The notes: generated by a model from the sequence alone, not told the origin. A stretch of 64,000 nucleotides of DNA from Macrostomum lignano (GCA_002269645.1 NIVC01000414.1:62001-126000); one strand, 5' to 3'; positions 12,527-23,989 are shown, counted from the first letter of the stretch. Translations and numbers: made by a program.

Positions 12527-13210
12527 GAGCTTCACTGTTCACAAGATTTAAGCTTCGCCATTCACAAGATTTAAGCTTCACCATTCACAAGATATAAGCT
12601 TCACCGTTCACAATATTTAAGCATCACCATTCACAAGATATAAGCTTCACCGTTCACAATATTTAAGCATCACCATTCACAAGATATAAGCTTCACCGTT
12701 CACAATATTTAAGCATCACCATTCACAAGATATAAGCTTCACGGTTCACAATATTTAAGCATCACCATTCACAAGATATAAGCTTCACGGTTCACAATAT
12801 TTAAGCATCACCATTCACAAGATATAAGCTTCACCGTTCACAATATTTAAGCATCACCATTCACAAGATATAAGCTTCACCGTTCACAATATTTAAGCAT
12901 CACCATTCACAAGATATAAGCTTCACCGTTCACAATATTTAAGCATCACCATTCACAAGATATAAGCTTCACGGTTCACAATATTTAAGCATCACCATTC
13001 ACAAGATATTAGCTTCACGGTTCACAATATTTAAGCATCACTATTCACAAGATATAAGCTTCACGGTTCACAATATTTAAGCATCACCATTCACAAGATA
13101 TAAGCTTCACCGTTCACAATATTTAAGCATCACCATTCACAAGATATAAGCTTCACCGTTCACAATATTTAAGCATCACCATTCACAAGATATAAGCTTC
13201 ACCATTCATA
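12527..13210. repeat. 46-bp (2x23) tandem repeat, ADA2 intron 3
   Basis: AGCTTCACCGTTCACAATATTTAAGCATCACCATTCACAAGATATA repeated. Confidence 0.95.
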
Positions 13211-13283
13211 GAATCTAGTTTAACTACACTGTAATTCAAATACGAGTAAAGTCACCTGATTTCTCGTATGTTCGAATCCGCAG

Positions 13284-13384
13284 ACTCCCTGGCTTCATCA
13301 GCTCCGATGGCGCTGCCGTTTGACCAGTTTGGCAGCTCGGGACTGAAGTCAACTTTGCCTGTGCTCACTCGGAATGGGGCTGCT
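13284..13384 (+). CDS. ADA2: ADA2-family adaptor, exon 4 (linker)
   Basis: Phase-1 acceptor CCGCAG and phase-0 donor GCT|GTAAGT; phases match exons 3 and 5. Confidence 0.7.
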
Positions 13385-13387
13385 GTA

Positions 13388-13568
13388 AGTCTTTATCCAC
13401 TCTTAATCCATAGTCTTTATCCACTGTTAATCCATAGTCTTTATCCACTGTTAATCCATAGTCTTTATCCACTGTTAATCCATAGTCTTTATCCACTGTT
13501 AATCCATAGTCTTTATCCACTGTTAATCCATAGTCTTTATCCACTGTTAATCCATAGTCTTTATCCAC
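13388..13568. repeat. 24-bp tandem repeat, ADA2 intron 4
   Basis: AGTCTTTATCCACTGTTAATCCAT about 7.5 times; the first unit overlaps the donor GTAAGT. Confidence 0.95.
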
Positions 13569-13694
13569 CTTCGATTCAGCAGTCTTCATTCCTCATTCAA
13601 ACTGTCTGTCTATCAATAGTTTACCAATTATTGCATACTTCAAATCTCAAGTTTGCATATCCCCATTTTTCATCGTTCTTCCCTCCTGTTTCAG

Positions 13695-14063
13695 ACTCCC
13701 CCACCGCTGCTGAAGCAGCAGACCTCTCTGGCAGCAGCGCTGCCTTCAAGCCACAGCCAGCCGCAGTTGGTGCAGCCTCGACCTGCGCTGCAGCCGCCGC
13801 CGCCTCTGCTGGTTCCGCCGGCGGCGCCGCCTCTGCCACCGTCGAAGGCTGTTCTCACTGCGGCGGCGCCAACCGCTAGCCGACTGAGCGAGCGAGAGCG
13901 CCAGCTTTGCCGCAGCCTTCGCCTGAGTCACGAGTCCTACCAGCTGATCAAACTGCATCTGCTGGTGTCGGCCGATCAGCCGCATCAGTTGGCTGAGTGC
14001 CATCCGGGTTTGAGGCCGCTGTTAGCCTTCTTTCGCAAGCAGGGCTGGGTGACCATTGCCTGA
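13695..14063 (+). CDS. ADA2: ADA2-family adaptor, exon 5 (SWIRM domain, stop)
   Basis: Phase-0 acceptor TTTCAG; LSERERQLCRSLRLSHESYQLIK..LLAFFRKQGWV-TGA matches the ADA2 SWIRM pattern. Confidence 0.88.
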   Translation, partial: TPPPLLKQQTSLAAALPSSHSQPQLVQPRPALQPPPPLLVPPAAPPLPPSKAVLTAAAPTASRLSERERQLCRSLRLSHESYQLIKLHLLVSADQPHQLAECHPGLRPLLAFFRKQGWVTIA

Positions 14064-14154
14064 TTGCTTGGAAAGGATAGTGCCTACTTGTTTTTTGTGT
14101 CTTCTCTGCTGCTAGGTCTTAGATTCGATCTCTTTTGCTTTTAAGTCGTGATCT

Positions 14155-15660
14155 TCGCTAGGTCCTAGGTTCAAAATCCTGTAGGTCCTAGGTTCGAACT
14201 CCTGTAGGTAAGTCCTAGGTTCAAAATCCTGTAGGTCCTAGGTTCGAACTCCTGTAGGTAAGTCCTAGGTTCAAAATCCTGTAGGTCCTAGGTTCGAACT
14301 CCTGTAGGTATGACCTAGGTTCAAAATCTTGTAGGTCCTAGGTTCGAACTCCTGTAGGTAGGTCCTAGGTTCAAAATCCCGTAGGTCCTAGGTTCGAACT
14401 CCTGCAGGTAGGTCCTAGGTTCAAAATCCTGTAGGTCCTAGGTTCGAGCTCCTGTAGGTCCTAGGTTCAAAATCCTGTAGGTCCTAGGTTCAAAATCCTG
14501 TAGGTCCTAGGTTCAAAATCCTGTAGGTCCTAGGTTCAAAATCCTGTAGGTCCTAGGTTCGAGCTCCTGTAGGTCCTAGGTTCAAAATCCTGTAGGTCCT
14601 AGGTTCAAAATCCTGTAGGTCCTAGGTTCGAACTCCTGTAGGTAGGTCCTAGAGACTTCTAGGTTCAAAATCCTGTAGGTCCTAGGTTCGAACTCCTGTA
14701 GGTAGGTCCTAGAGTCGAGACTTCTAGGTTCAAAATCCTGTAGGTCCTAGGTTCGAGCTCCTGTAGGTAGGTCCTAGAGACTTCTAGGTTCAAAATCCTA
14801 TAGGTCCTAGGTTCGAACTCCTGTAGGTAGGTCCTAGAGTCGAGACTCCTAGGTTCAAAATCCTGTAGGTCCTAGGTTCGAACTCCTGTAGGTAGGTCCT
14901 AGAGACTTCTAGGTTCAAAATCCTGTAGGTCCTAGGTTCGAACTCTTGTAGGTAGGTCCTAGGTTTAAAATCCTTTAGGTCCTAGGTTCGAACTCCTGTA
15001 GGTAAGTCCTAGGTTCAAAATCCTGTAGGTCCTAGGTTCGAACTCCTGTAGGTATGACCTAGGTTCAAAATCCTGTAGGTCCTAGGTTCGAGCTCCTGTA
15101 GGTAGGTCCTAGAGACTTCTAGGTTCAAAATCCTGTAGGTCCTAGGTTCGAACTCCTGTAGGTAGGTCCTAGAGTCGAGACTTCTAGGTTCAAAATCCTG
15201 TAGGTCCTAGGTTCGAGCTCCTGTAGGTCCTAGGTTCAAAATCCTGTAGGTCCTAGGTTCGAGCTCCTGTAGGTCCTAGGTTCAAAATCCTGTAGGTCCT
15301 AGGTTCAAAATCCTGTAGGTCCTAGGTTCGAACTCCCGTAGGTAGGTCCTAGAGTCGAGACTCCTAGGTTCAAAATCTTGTAGGTCCTAGGTTCGAACTC
15401 CTGTAGGTAGGTCCTAGAGACTTCTAGGTTCAAAATCCTGTAGGTTCTAGGTTCGAGCTCCTGTAGGTAGGTCTTAGAGACTTCTAGGTTCAAAATCCTG
15501 TAGGTCCTAGGTTCGAACTCCTGTAGGTCCTTAGTTCGTTATTCAATAGGTCCTTGGTTCTATTTCTTTTTTTGTTTTGATCTCCGGTGTGCCCTAGATT
15601 CAAAATCCTGTAGGTCCTGGGCTCGATTTCCTATAGGTCCCAGGTTCGATCTCTACGATC
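14155..15660. repeat. Complex minisatellite downstream of ADA2 (CCTAGGTTCAAAATCCTGTAGGT / CCTAGGTTCGAACTCCTGTAGGT)
   Basis: Alternating 22-27-bp units with AGAGACTT inserts. Confidence 0.95.
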
Positions 15661-16589
15661 TCTTTGAACCCTATTTTTAATGCATCTTGGATTTTTACCA
15701 AGTTACGACAGCTACGACAGTACGACGCTACGACAGTTCACGCGATGCGAACTTTTAAATTTTACTTTATTTTGTTTATAAAGTGCCGATTTTGTTCAGT
15801 TGGTTAATTCACGAATCACGAGCTCTATTAAATTACGCATTGCCTTTTTTGCGCGATATATATACTACTCGATTGTATTGCTCCAAGTAAGTAGTCTGTC
15901 TAATCAATTTAATCTGAAAGAATTGTATTTTTAATGTAAAATCATTTCGACTTCTATCTTGTCATTTTTTGGACCAAAATTCTGTGCTGTCTGTCTAGTC
16001 AGTCATATTTGCTATTCTGAAGTCTTCAATCATCACATTATGTTATAAAATATTTTGTGTAATTAGAATATTTTGTACAGTGCAATATAATTTCAGGTGG
16101 CGGCATTCTTACCTGTACATAATCTTATTTTTCTGTTCAAAGCAGCAATCGGTTTGATTTTTTAACTGCGTTTTTTCGGTATTTTTTGCTGGTGAAAATG
16201 TTCTACTAATACTACTTGTAGAATTCGATTCTGTTAGTAGTATCTGCGACAATGGTTTTTTGCCTTTGTGTTACAACTGAATGCGTACAGATGCACTTTG
16301 CGATGCATAAAGTTCTATTAGTATTAATATATACGAAACCTGATGCAGAATATTATAATATATTTTAATCAGGCAGTCAGCCACAATCACTGGTTCAGGT
16401 CCTTGGTTCGATCTCCTTGCAGGTCGTATACATGTACTGGATTAGATTTAGGCTAGGCTAGGTTAGTGTTGCAGGTTTTAGGTTAGGTTTAGGTTCCTCC
16501 AAAATGAGAGGCAACCAAGTTTGACGATGAGCGGTAGCTCCACTTTTGCCACCTCTTGGACGTGGCATCCACCGGCACATGAAACAGGG

Positions 16590-17330
16590 GTAGGGACGCC
16601 CACTAAAAAACCGGGGTGCCTACCAAAACACAAAGGCGCCCACCAAAAGACAGGGGCACCCACTAAGAGACCGGGCGCTCAGAGACTGGGCGCCCACTAA
16701 GAGACAAGGGCGCCCACTAAGAGACCAGGCGCCCATTAAAAGACAGGGGCGCCCACTAAGAGACCAGGCGCCCACTAAGAGACAGGGGCGCCCACTAAGA
16801 GACCAGGCGCCCACTAAGAGACCCTGCGCCAACTACATTAAGAGACCGGGCGCCAACTACATATAAGAGACCGGGCGCCAACTACATGTAAGAGACCGGG
16901 CGCCAACTACATCAAGAGACCGGGCGCCAACTACATATAAGAGACCGGGCGCTAACTACATGTAAGAGGCCGGGCGCCAACTACATGTAAGAGACCGGGC
17001 GCTAACTACATGTAAGAGGCCGGGCGCCAACTGCATATAAGAGACCGGGCGCTAACTACATGTAAGAGGCCGGGCGCCAACTGCATGTAAGAGACCGGGC
17101 GCCAACATATAAGAGGCCGGGCGCCAACTGCATGTAAGAGACCGGGCGCCAACATATAAGAGGCCGGGCGCCAACATATAAGAGACCGGGCGCCAACTAC
17201 ATGTAAGAGACCGGGCGCCAACTACATTAAGAGACCGGGCGCCCACTAAGAAACCAGGCGCCCACTAAGAGACAGGGGCGTCCACTAAGAAACCGGGCGC
17301 CCGCTAATAGACAGGGGCCCCAACCACAGG
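16590..17330. repeat. Nested GGGCGCC-core minisatellite
   Basis: CCCACTAAGAGACCAGGCG units flank an inner block of AACTACATGTAAGAGACCGGGCGCC units. Confidence 0.9.
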
Positions 17331-17679
17331 GAGAGGCGCCAACCACTACGCACCTTGGGGTTGCAGCCTACTGCAATTAAAATTCCCGCGTACGCCTCTG
17401 ACCTACTAATAAAAATGATCAATCAGTAACATTGCAAGTTAGTTACAGATAAAATTCATTCTAATTAAGTTTTCTATACTAGTAAAATATTCACAAACGT
17501 GACATCGGAGCATATATAGTTACTACAAATAAATTATTTAGTTTCAGCTTGAGGCGGTTATAGTACTACTCATTTAGCGATAATAGTAGTCGTTAACGTG
17601 TGTATTTTTTCAAACTATCTACCAGTAAATACGAATAATACGAGCATATGAACAAAACTGAAAAGGCTGCAGTCCTTGA

Positions 17680-18018
17680 TCACACTCTGCCCACACTGTC
17701 TGCCGCGGTCCTGGTTGCGGACTCCAGCTTCACCACAGCAGCGGCCGCCGCAGCAGCCGCGGCAGCCGTGTTGAGGCCCGGGCAGGCCGTCTCCTGGTGC
17801 TCGAGCAGCGACTCCAGCTGGTCGAAGGACTCGCCGCAGCGGACGCAGACGAGCTGGCCTTGGTGCCTGTACCCGGCCGCTGCACTGCTGGCCGCTGCGG
17901 CTGCTGCCGCCGCGTTGATGGCCTGCTGCTGCAGCTGCTGTCTGAGCAGATCCGGATGAAGCGATAGCGGCAGCTGCAGTTGCTGCTGCGGTGGCTGGGG
18001 CGGATGCTGCGGCATCTG
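17680..18018 (-). CDS. zfpm: FOG/U-shaped (ZFPM) zinc-finger protein, 3' terminal coding segment
   Basis: CVRCGESFDQLESLLEHQETAC (CCHC finger), stop TGA 17682-17680; joined to the upstream frame by a 38-nt intron or a 1-nt indel. Confidence 0.75.
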   Translation of the reverse strand, partial: QMPQHPPQPPQQQLQLPLSLHPDLLRQQLQQQAINAAAAAAAASSAAAGYRHQGQLVCVRCGESFDQLESLLEHQETACPGLNTAAAAAAAAAAVVKLESATRTAADSVGRV

Positions 18019-18056
18019 CTGCACGGGCGTCACCCGTTTGAACGTCCGTCGCTTAC

Positions 18057-19119
18057 TGTAGGGCTGCGTCTTGTGCTGCAGCATGCCGAGCTCCTCGGTG
18101 TCATGCTGGACAGCAGGTCGCTGTTGAAGCTGGTGGGCAGGCGGATCCCGTCACTGCCGCTGGCGTTGGCCACCTCGGATGGCGACAGAGCCGCTGAGGA
18201 CGCGGAGGCGCCGTTGTTGCCTCCGAAGCCGCCGCTGGCGCTGTGCACTTTGGCGTGCATCTTCATCCCGCGCTCAGTTTGCCCAATGTAGCCGCAGATG
18301 GAGCACTTGTAGCCCGCGCTGCCGCTCAGGTCCAGCGCGATCGGCAGCCACGAAGGCGGCGAAGACTGCTGCTGCTGTTGCAGTTGCTGCTGCTGCTGCT
18401 GCTGAGCCGCTGCTTTTGACGCGTCGCCTGTGGCGGGTGAATCTGCGCAGGATGGCGCCGCTGTACCGGCAGAAGCGCCCGCAGTTGCAGGCGCCACAGC
18501 GGCGGCGCTCGGCGCTGTTTTGTCCGGATTCTCCGGACAGTAGAAGGCCTGATGCGCTGTCAGGGTGGACGGCGAGTGGAACCGGATCTGGCAGTAGGGG
18601 CACTGGAACTTGCGCTCGGCGGCTGACGCGCTTGGCGAATGAGTCGAGGCTGCAGCGGTTGGCGCTGAACTGGCCGGGGCAGCCAGGGCCTCGAGCTTGG
18701 GCGTTGCCATGGCTACTGTGGGCAGCTGAGCGCCGCTCTGCTTCTGTTGCTCTTGAAGCTGCAGAGGATGTTTAGACAGTCGGCCAGGTGTGCCGGATGC
18801 TGCACCGGTGGCAGCCGCGGCAGCTGCCACGCGACCGCTCTGACAGTAGAGCGACCGGTGCACCAAGTAGTTGTTGTAGTTGAAGAAGCCGATTTTGCAG
18901 TCCTTGCAGACGCTCATCAGGCTGGAGGCCGAGCCGGACTTTTCTGCTTGATTTTGTTGCTGCTGCTGTTGCAATTGTCGGCTGCGCTGTCGCTGCTGCT
19001 GCTGCTGCTGGGAATGCTGAGTCAGTCTTAGCGAGGCTCCGGCAGAGGCTGCTGCTGGTGTCTGCACCCTCGGCAGCGTTAGGTCCAGGGCTGAAGCCTC
19101 GGGTAGGTCTGGCGAACTT
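18057..19119 (-). CDS. zfpm: FOG/U-shaped (ZFPM) zinc-finger protein, main finger exon
   Basis: Phase-2 acceptor AACAG; CKDCKIGFFNYNNYLVHRSLYC and CPYCQIRFHSPSTLTAHQAFYC (FOG-type CCHC), CSICGYIGQTERGMKMHAKVH (CCHH), ALDLT/ALDLS CtBP-type motifs. Confidence 0.88.
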
Positions 19120-20180
19120 CTGTTGTTTGGGTCGGGAGAAAATGTGTACAAATGAGATATGCTCTCACACAAACGCTCACACATTGTTTAGCAATTTGAC
19201 GATCATTATTTACATTTTTAATGCAGAACAATCCATTACTACAAACAATGCATTGTCTGTAGGATTGTCAAACAGGAAAACAATGCAAAGAATCAGCGGT
19301 CGCAGTGCGTGACAACGATTGTCTGGCGAGCGCTGCCGGCGCCGGCGCTCGCCAGACAATCGTTGTCACGCACTGGGACCGCTGATTATTTATCCAGTGT
19401 GTACAGCGGTCCTGACTTTCTATTCGTAAGGCATGTACACAGCTCTGTGCCTTGGCGGTTGGCCCTCATGGCTGTGAGAGCCTTTGCAGAAATGCAAACG
19501 ATCATACTCAGCAACATCTAAAAGTCGCCATCACAGAAGATTTCGTCTGCTGGTGGGGTCGCCACTTTTGAGAGTGCATGCAGGCAAAGTCTCTCAATCT
19601 TGCGAGTGACGCAAATCAGCTACGCCACGCAACAGACTTGGATTGAGGAATGAAGTGGGGGATCGCGGTGTGCGAGGGTTGGACAGATTAAAGCTACCCC
19701 GATCAGTTTTCTCGTATCTTTTATTTCAGAATAGTCCAAGACCAATTGCTCACTGGGTCATATGGTGGCGACTTTTCAATGTTGCTAAGTAGATATTTTC
19801 GTTGTTGCTAAAAATAAACTTGTGACACTTTCTGGTTGATCACAAGCACAAGGCTAGGCAGAAGGGCGTGAGCACTTGAGATTTTAGGAGAAAAAAACAA
19901 GCTAAAAGTTGAAAATTTAAGATTGATTTGTTAAAGCTGCTTTTGTAAGCTCGTGTGTGACTTGAAAAATACTGAAAAATTCAAACATTCACTTCTTATC
20001 AAAATAGATTAAAATGATTAAAGCCCATTAACCCATGACTCATATGATTCAACGGTTGAGAAAAAATCCAAATTTCGATCCCGGATCTACTCAGGGTAAG
20101 CTACGGTACCTGAGTTTCTTTTCTTTGACTGGAGCATTTCAAGCAGGATGCAATGACGCAACAAGTTTTCTGTCTGATAG

Positions 20181-20473
20181 TTATAATAATAATTGATTAA
20201 ACCTGCCTCAATAGGCAGATGTGCAACCGACAGCTCAGCCGCAGCTATTGCTGTACGGCTGTTCAGTCCAAGGACTGGGGGGTCGCCACACACAGCCTCA
20301 ATTACCCCAGCTAATGCTGGCACCCATTTTACAGCTGGGTGAACTGAAGCAATGCAGAGAGTTAAGTGTCTTGCTCAACTCAAGAACACAAATTGTTTCA
20401 GTGGGATTGGGAATCGAACCCCCGACCTTCAAGTCGTGAGTCCGACGCTCTTAACCACTAGGCTGCAACCCCT
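20181..20473 (-). mobile_element. tRNA-derived SINE with CORE-like central domain, copy 1 (FOG intron)
   Basis: Head GGGGTTGCAGCCTAGTGGTTAAGAGCGTCGG..GGTTCGATTCC (A and B boxes), middle GAGCAAGACACTTAACTCTCTG..CAGCTGTAAAATGGG, AT-rich tail; second copy at 58188-58449. Confidence 0.8.
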
Positions 20474-20543
20474 GTCGAATGGAAGATAAAATTAACTGCT
20501 ATTCATTTGCATGAACAACTTTATTAAAACGTCCGGCACTCAC

Positions 20544-21225
20544 CCGTCAGGATCAGAGGCCACACTGGCAGTGACATGTTGCAGCGCGTCAATTCCTTGC
20601 TGAAGCTGCTGGCTTTGCGCAGGCGGCTCTTTGCTCCTCGGCAAGCCCACAGGCACGTAGGAGATGCAGCCGCGATCGCTGAGCACGGGAGCGGACAGCA
20701 CCAGCTGCGAGGCGTCCCCGCTGCCCAGCACGCCCCGCTGTCCGACGCCAGCTTCTCCGAATAGATCGTGGAACTGGCGGTGAGTCTGCAGCATCCAGGC
20801 CGAGGTGAAGAACAGGCCGCACCGGGTGCAGTGGCGAATTTTCGAACGAAGCGACGACTCAACTTGGACGGCTGAGCGTCGGTTGCCGCCGGACTCCAGC
20901 AGCCGGGGCAGCTTGGCGGAGCTGCCGCAGGCGGCGTTGGCGCTGGCCGGCCTCTTGCGCGCCTCCAGTTGACCTGACAGCTGCTCCAGCTCGGAGGACT
21001 CCTCCGAATCATCGTCCTGTAGGCGGCAAGCGTTGGAATCTTCGGCATCGGCTGAACTCGCGGAGTCGCAGGTGTCGGCAAGGTGCTCAGGCTCGGCCTC
21101 ATCCAGGCTGTTGTTGCTGCAGCTCCAGTCGCTGCCGCTGCCGCTGCTACTGCAGATTCGAGTATTGAGCCTCTCACCGGGCATCAGAGGTCGCCGGGCC
21201 TTCAGGTAGAGCGTCTGGTCACGAA
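20544..21225 (-). CDS. zfpm: FOG/ZFPM exon (end of PR-like domain + CCHH finger)
   Basis: Phase-1 acceptor CCCACAG; DQTLYLKARRPLMPGERL; CTRCGLFFTSAWMLQTHRQFH; phase-2 donor GG|GTGAGT. Confidence 0.82.
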
Positions 21226-21311
21226 CTGTGGGCAGGTCATTGATAGATTGTTAATCAAAGAGACAGCACCCAGAGCCCCCCATGCTAGCTGGATGTGAGA
21301 CCCCCACTCAC

Positions 21312-21495
21312 CGTTGACCACAATAGCCGTGTTGCAGCTGTCATCATCATTATCGTAATCTCCGTTCTCGGAATCTACAGCTCCATCGGAGGCTGTGTCA
21401 ACAAAGTTGAGCAGCATCAGCCAGCGTTCGCTCTCCGCTATGAGCCGAACGAATAGTTGAACGTCTGAGTCGTTTGGCTCAGTTTGGTCGTTTGT
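21312..21495 (-). CDS. zfpm: FOG/ZFPM exon (middle of PR-like domain)
   Basis: ESERWLMLLNFV..CNTAIVVN; phase-1 donor G|GTGAGT, phase-0 acceptor TTTCAAG; 86-nt intron to the next exon. Confidence 0.72.
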
Positions 21496-21589
21496 CTTGA
21501 AAGAGAGGTGCATGCGAGTTTGAGTTTATTGTATTATGAGTTGGGTAGATATGGAGATGCTGGGAGAGGATGAGATCGCAGGTAAAATG

Positions 21590-22113
21590 TAAAGAAGACA
21601 GACAGGGTGAGAGGGAGTCAGTGAGCGAAATAGAGGTAGAGAGATGTGAAGACGGAGACGGAGACAGACAGAGAGGTAAATAGAGATGGACAGAGAGAGA
21701 GTTGGGAAGGGAGTCAGTGAGGAAGACAGAGAGGAAGATGGATAGGGAGGCAAATAGAGACAGAGAGGGGGGTAGAGAAGGAGACAAAGGGGGAGACAGA
21801 GAGGAAAACAGAAAGGGAGACAAATGGGGAGAGAGAGGGAGACAGAGAGGGAGACAGAGAGGAGACAGAGAGGAGACAGAGAGGGAGACAAAGGGAGACA
21901 GAGAGGGAGACAAAGGGAGACAGAGAGGAGACAGAGAGGGAGACAGAGAGGGAGACAGAGAGGGAGACAGAGAGGGAGACGGAGAGGGATACAGAGAGGG
22001 AGACAGAGAGGGAGACAGGGAGGGAGACAGAGAGGGAGACAGAGAGGGAGACAGAGAGGGAGACAGGGAGGGAGACAGAGAGGGAGACAGAGAGGAATAC
22101 AGGGAGGGAGACA
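21590..22113. repeat. GA-rich low-complexity / GAGGGAGACAGA repeat (FOG intron)
   Basis: Purine-rich 12-mer runs. Confidence 0.9.
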
Positions 22114-22453
22114 GTCTATTCCGATAAATAAAAAGCCGCACATCCTGAAACGATCACACAAAGGTGAAATAAATAAATTCTCAAATAAAATGACATTCTC
22201 CACTTTATCAACGCAGCCTGATTTGCTCAGCTCAGCACCATGCAGAGAGGAAGCCCAAGCCATTTCCACAATGGACCTTGGCGCTCACACTGTGCTCGCT
22301 GGACTTTAGCCACTATACCCTGTAAATATAGTATATCACGCTCGATCTAAACCAGCCGCCTATCTGAAATTGCCCAGGCCAAAGTCAGCAATGCAGAGCT
22401 TGGCAATTCGCGGCTAATCTAATCTCCTGAATCGGTCCCCCTCGGGCTCTGCT

Positions 22454-22624
22454 CTATCTTATCTCGAATGCTATACAGATTGGACCCTCATTGCATTTAG
22501 GAATTTAGAATCAGATGTTGGGGAGAATCGCCCCCCCCCCCCCCTACATTCTTATCTTATTGCCTTCCAAGTATTATTCCCTATTATGCGATTCTCTCAT
22601 AGGTAGGTAGATAAAGGCTTATCT
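22454..22624. promoter_or_regulatory. Cluster of five WGATAR motifs in a FOG intron
   Basis: CTATCT 22454, TTATCT 22459, TTATCT 22552, AGATAA 22609, TTATCT 22619. Confidence 0.5.
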
Positions 22625-22837
22625 AATCGCCAAAGCTAAACACATAACACTGTTACCAATTGTGCACAGGGCGGTTCAACTCGTGTTGTTTAGCATCAGC
22701 TTTATATTCATGTATCAAATAATTCAAATAGCCTTGGATATGTCTAATGTAAACTGCTAGCGTATTTTAGGTTGCTTTCATTGTAGGATTCATTAGTAGG
22801 GTTCATTGAAAGGTCAACTTGTTGGATGTTGTTGCTT

Positions 22838-23575
22838 AGTGGCGCCATTTGTGCGTGGGAGATGCTGGATAGCGCCATTTGTGCGTGGGAGATGCTGGGT
22901 GGCGCCATTTGTGTTGTGGGAGGTGCTGGGTGGTGCCATTTGAGTGTGGGAGATGCTGGGTGGCGCCATTTGTGTGTGGGAGATGCTGGATAGCGCCATT
23001 TGTGTGTGGGAGATGCTGGGTGGCGCCGTTTGTGTATGGGAGATGCTGCAGGGTGGCGCCATTTGTGTTGTGGGAGGTGCTGGGTGGCGCCATTTGTGTG
23101 TGGGAGGTGCTGGGTGGCGCCATTTGTGTTGTGGGAGATGCTGGGTGGTGCCATTTGTGTGTGGGAGGTGCTGGGTGGCGCCATTTGTGTTGTGGGAGAT
23201 GCTGGGTGGTGCCATTTGTGTGTGGGAGGTGCTGGGTGGCGCCATTTGTGTTGTGGGAGATGCTGGGTGGCGCCATTTGTGTGTGGGAGGTGCTGGGTGG
23301 CGCCATTTGTGTTGTGGGAGATGCTGGGTGGCGCCATTTGTGTTGTGGGAGATGCTGGGTGGCGCCATTTGTGTGTGGGAGGTGCTGGGTGGCGCCATTT
23401 GTGTGTGGGAGGTGCTGGGTGGCGCCATTTGTGTTGTGGGAGATGCTGGGTGGCGCCATTTGTGTTGTGGAAGATGCTGGGTGGCGCCATTTGTGTGTGG
23501 GAGGTGCTGGGTGGCGCCATTTGTGTTGTGGGAGATGCTGGGTGGCGCCATTTGTGTGTGGGAGGTGCTGGATAG
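22838..23575. repeat. 30-31-bp tandem repeat (FOG intron)
   Basis: GCTGGGTGGCGCCATTTGTGTGTGGGAGAT repeated. Confidence 0.95.
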
Positions 23576-23685
23576 CTAGATCCTCCCACAATGCGTAACA
23601 TGGCAAACGCGGACACCAGTGCTGACAGTGTCAGACTGTCAGGCCCCTCACAAACTCCAATGGTCAGCAGTCTTAGGCGACTCAC

Positions 23686-23834
23686 CCGCACAGACAGATG
23701 CGCATCTTTCGAGCAGGGCACCAGCTCAAAGCGGAACGGACCCCAGCTGGCTGTCTCATCGAAGGCCTCCGTCAGCCGAAGGCATTCAGCGTTGCCGTCA
23801 TACTCGATGCCTTCGGGTAGCTCAGCGGTCAGCT
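23686..23834 (-). CDS. zfpm: FOG/ZFPM exon (start of PR-like domain); not recovered as such by the ORF track
   Basis: Phase-1 acceptor CCTTCAG, ELTAELPEGIEY..ASWGPFRFEL (compare FOG1 LSWGPF), phase-0 donor CGG|GTGAGT. Confidence 0.75.
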
Positions 23835-23989
23835 CTGAAGGTCAGAAATTGCACGGGATTTAAGTATTTCAGACAGGTTCAAACTGCAGCTTAGTCAGGT
23901 TCCAGACAGGTTCCACAAGCACCAAGAGGTTCCAACACCAAGATGTTCCAGTACCAAGAGGTTTCAGCATCAAGAGGTTCCAGCACCAA

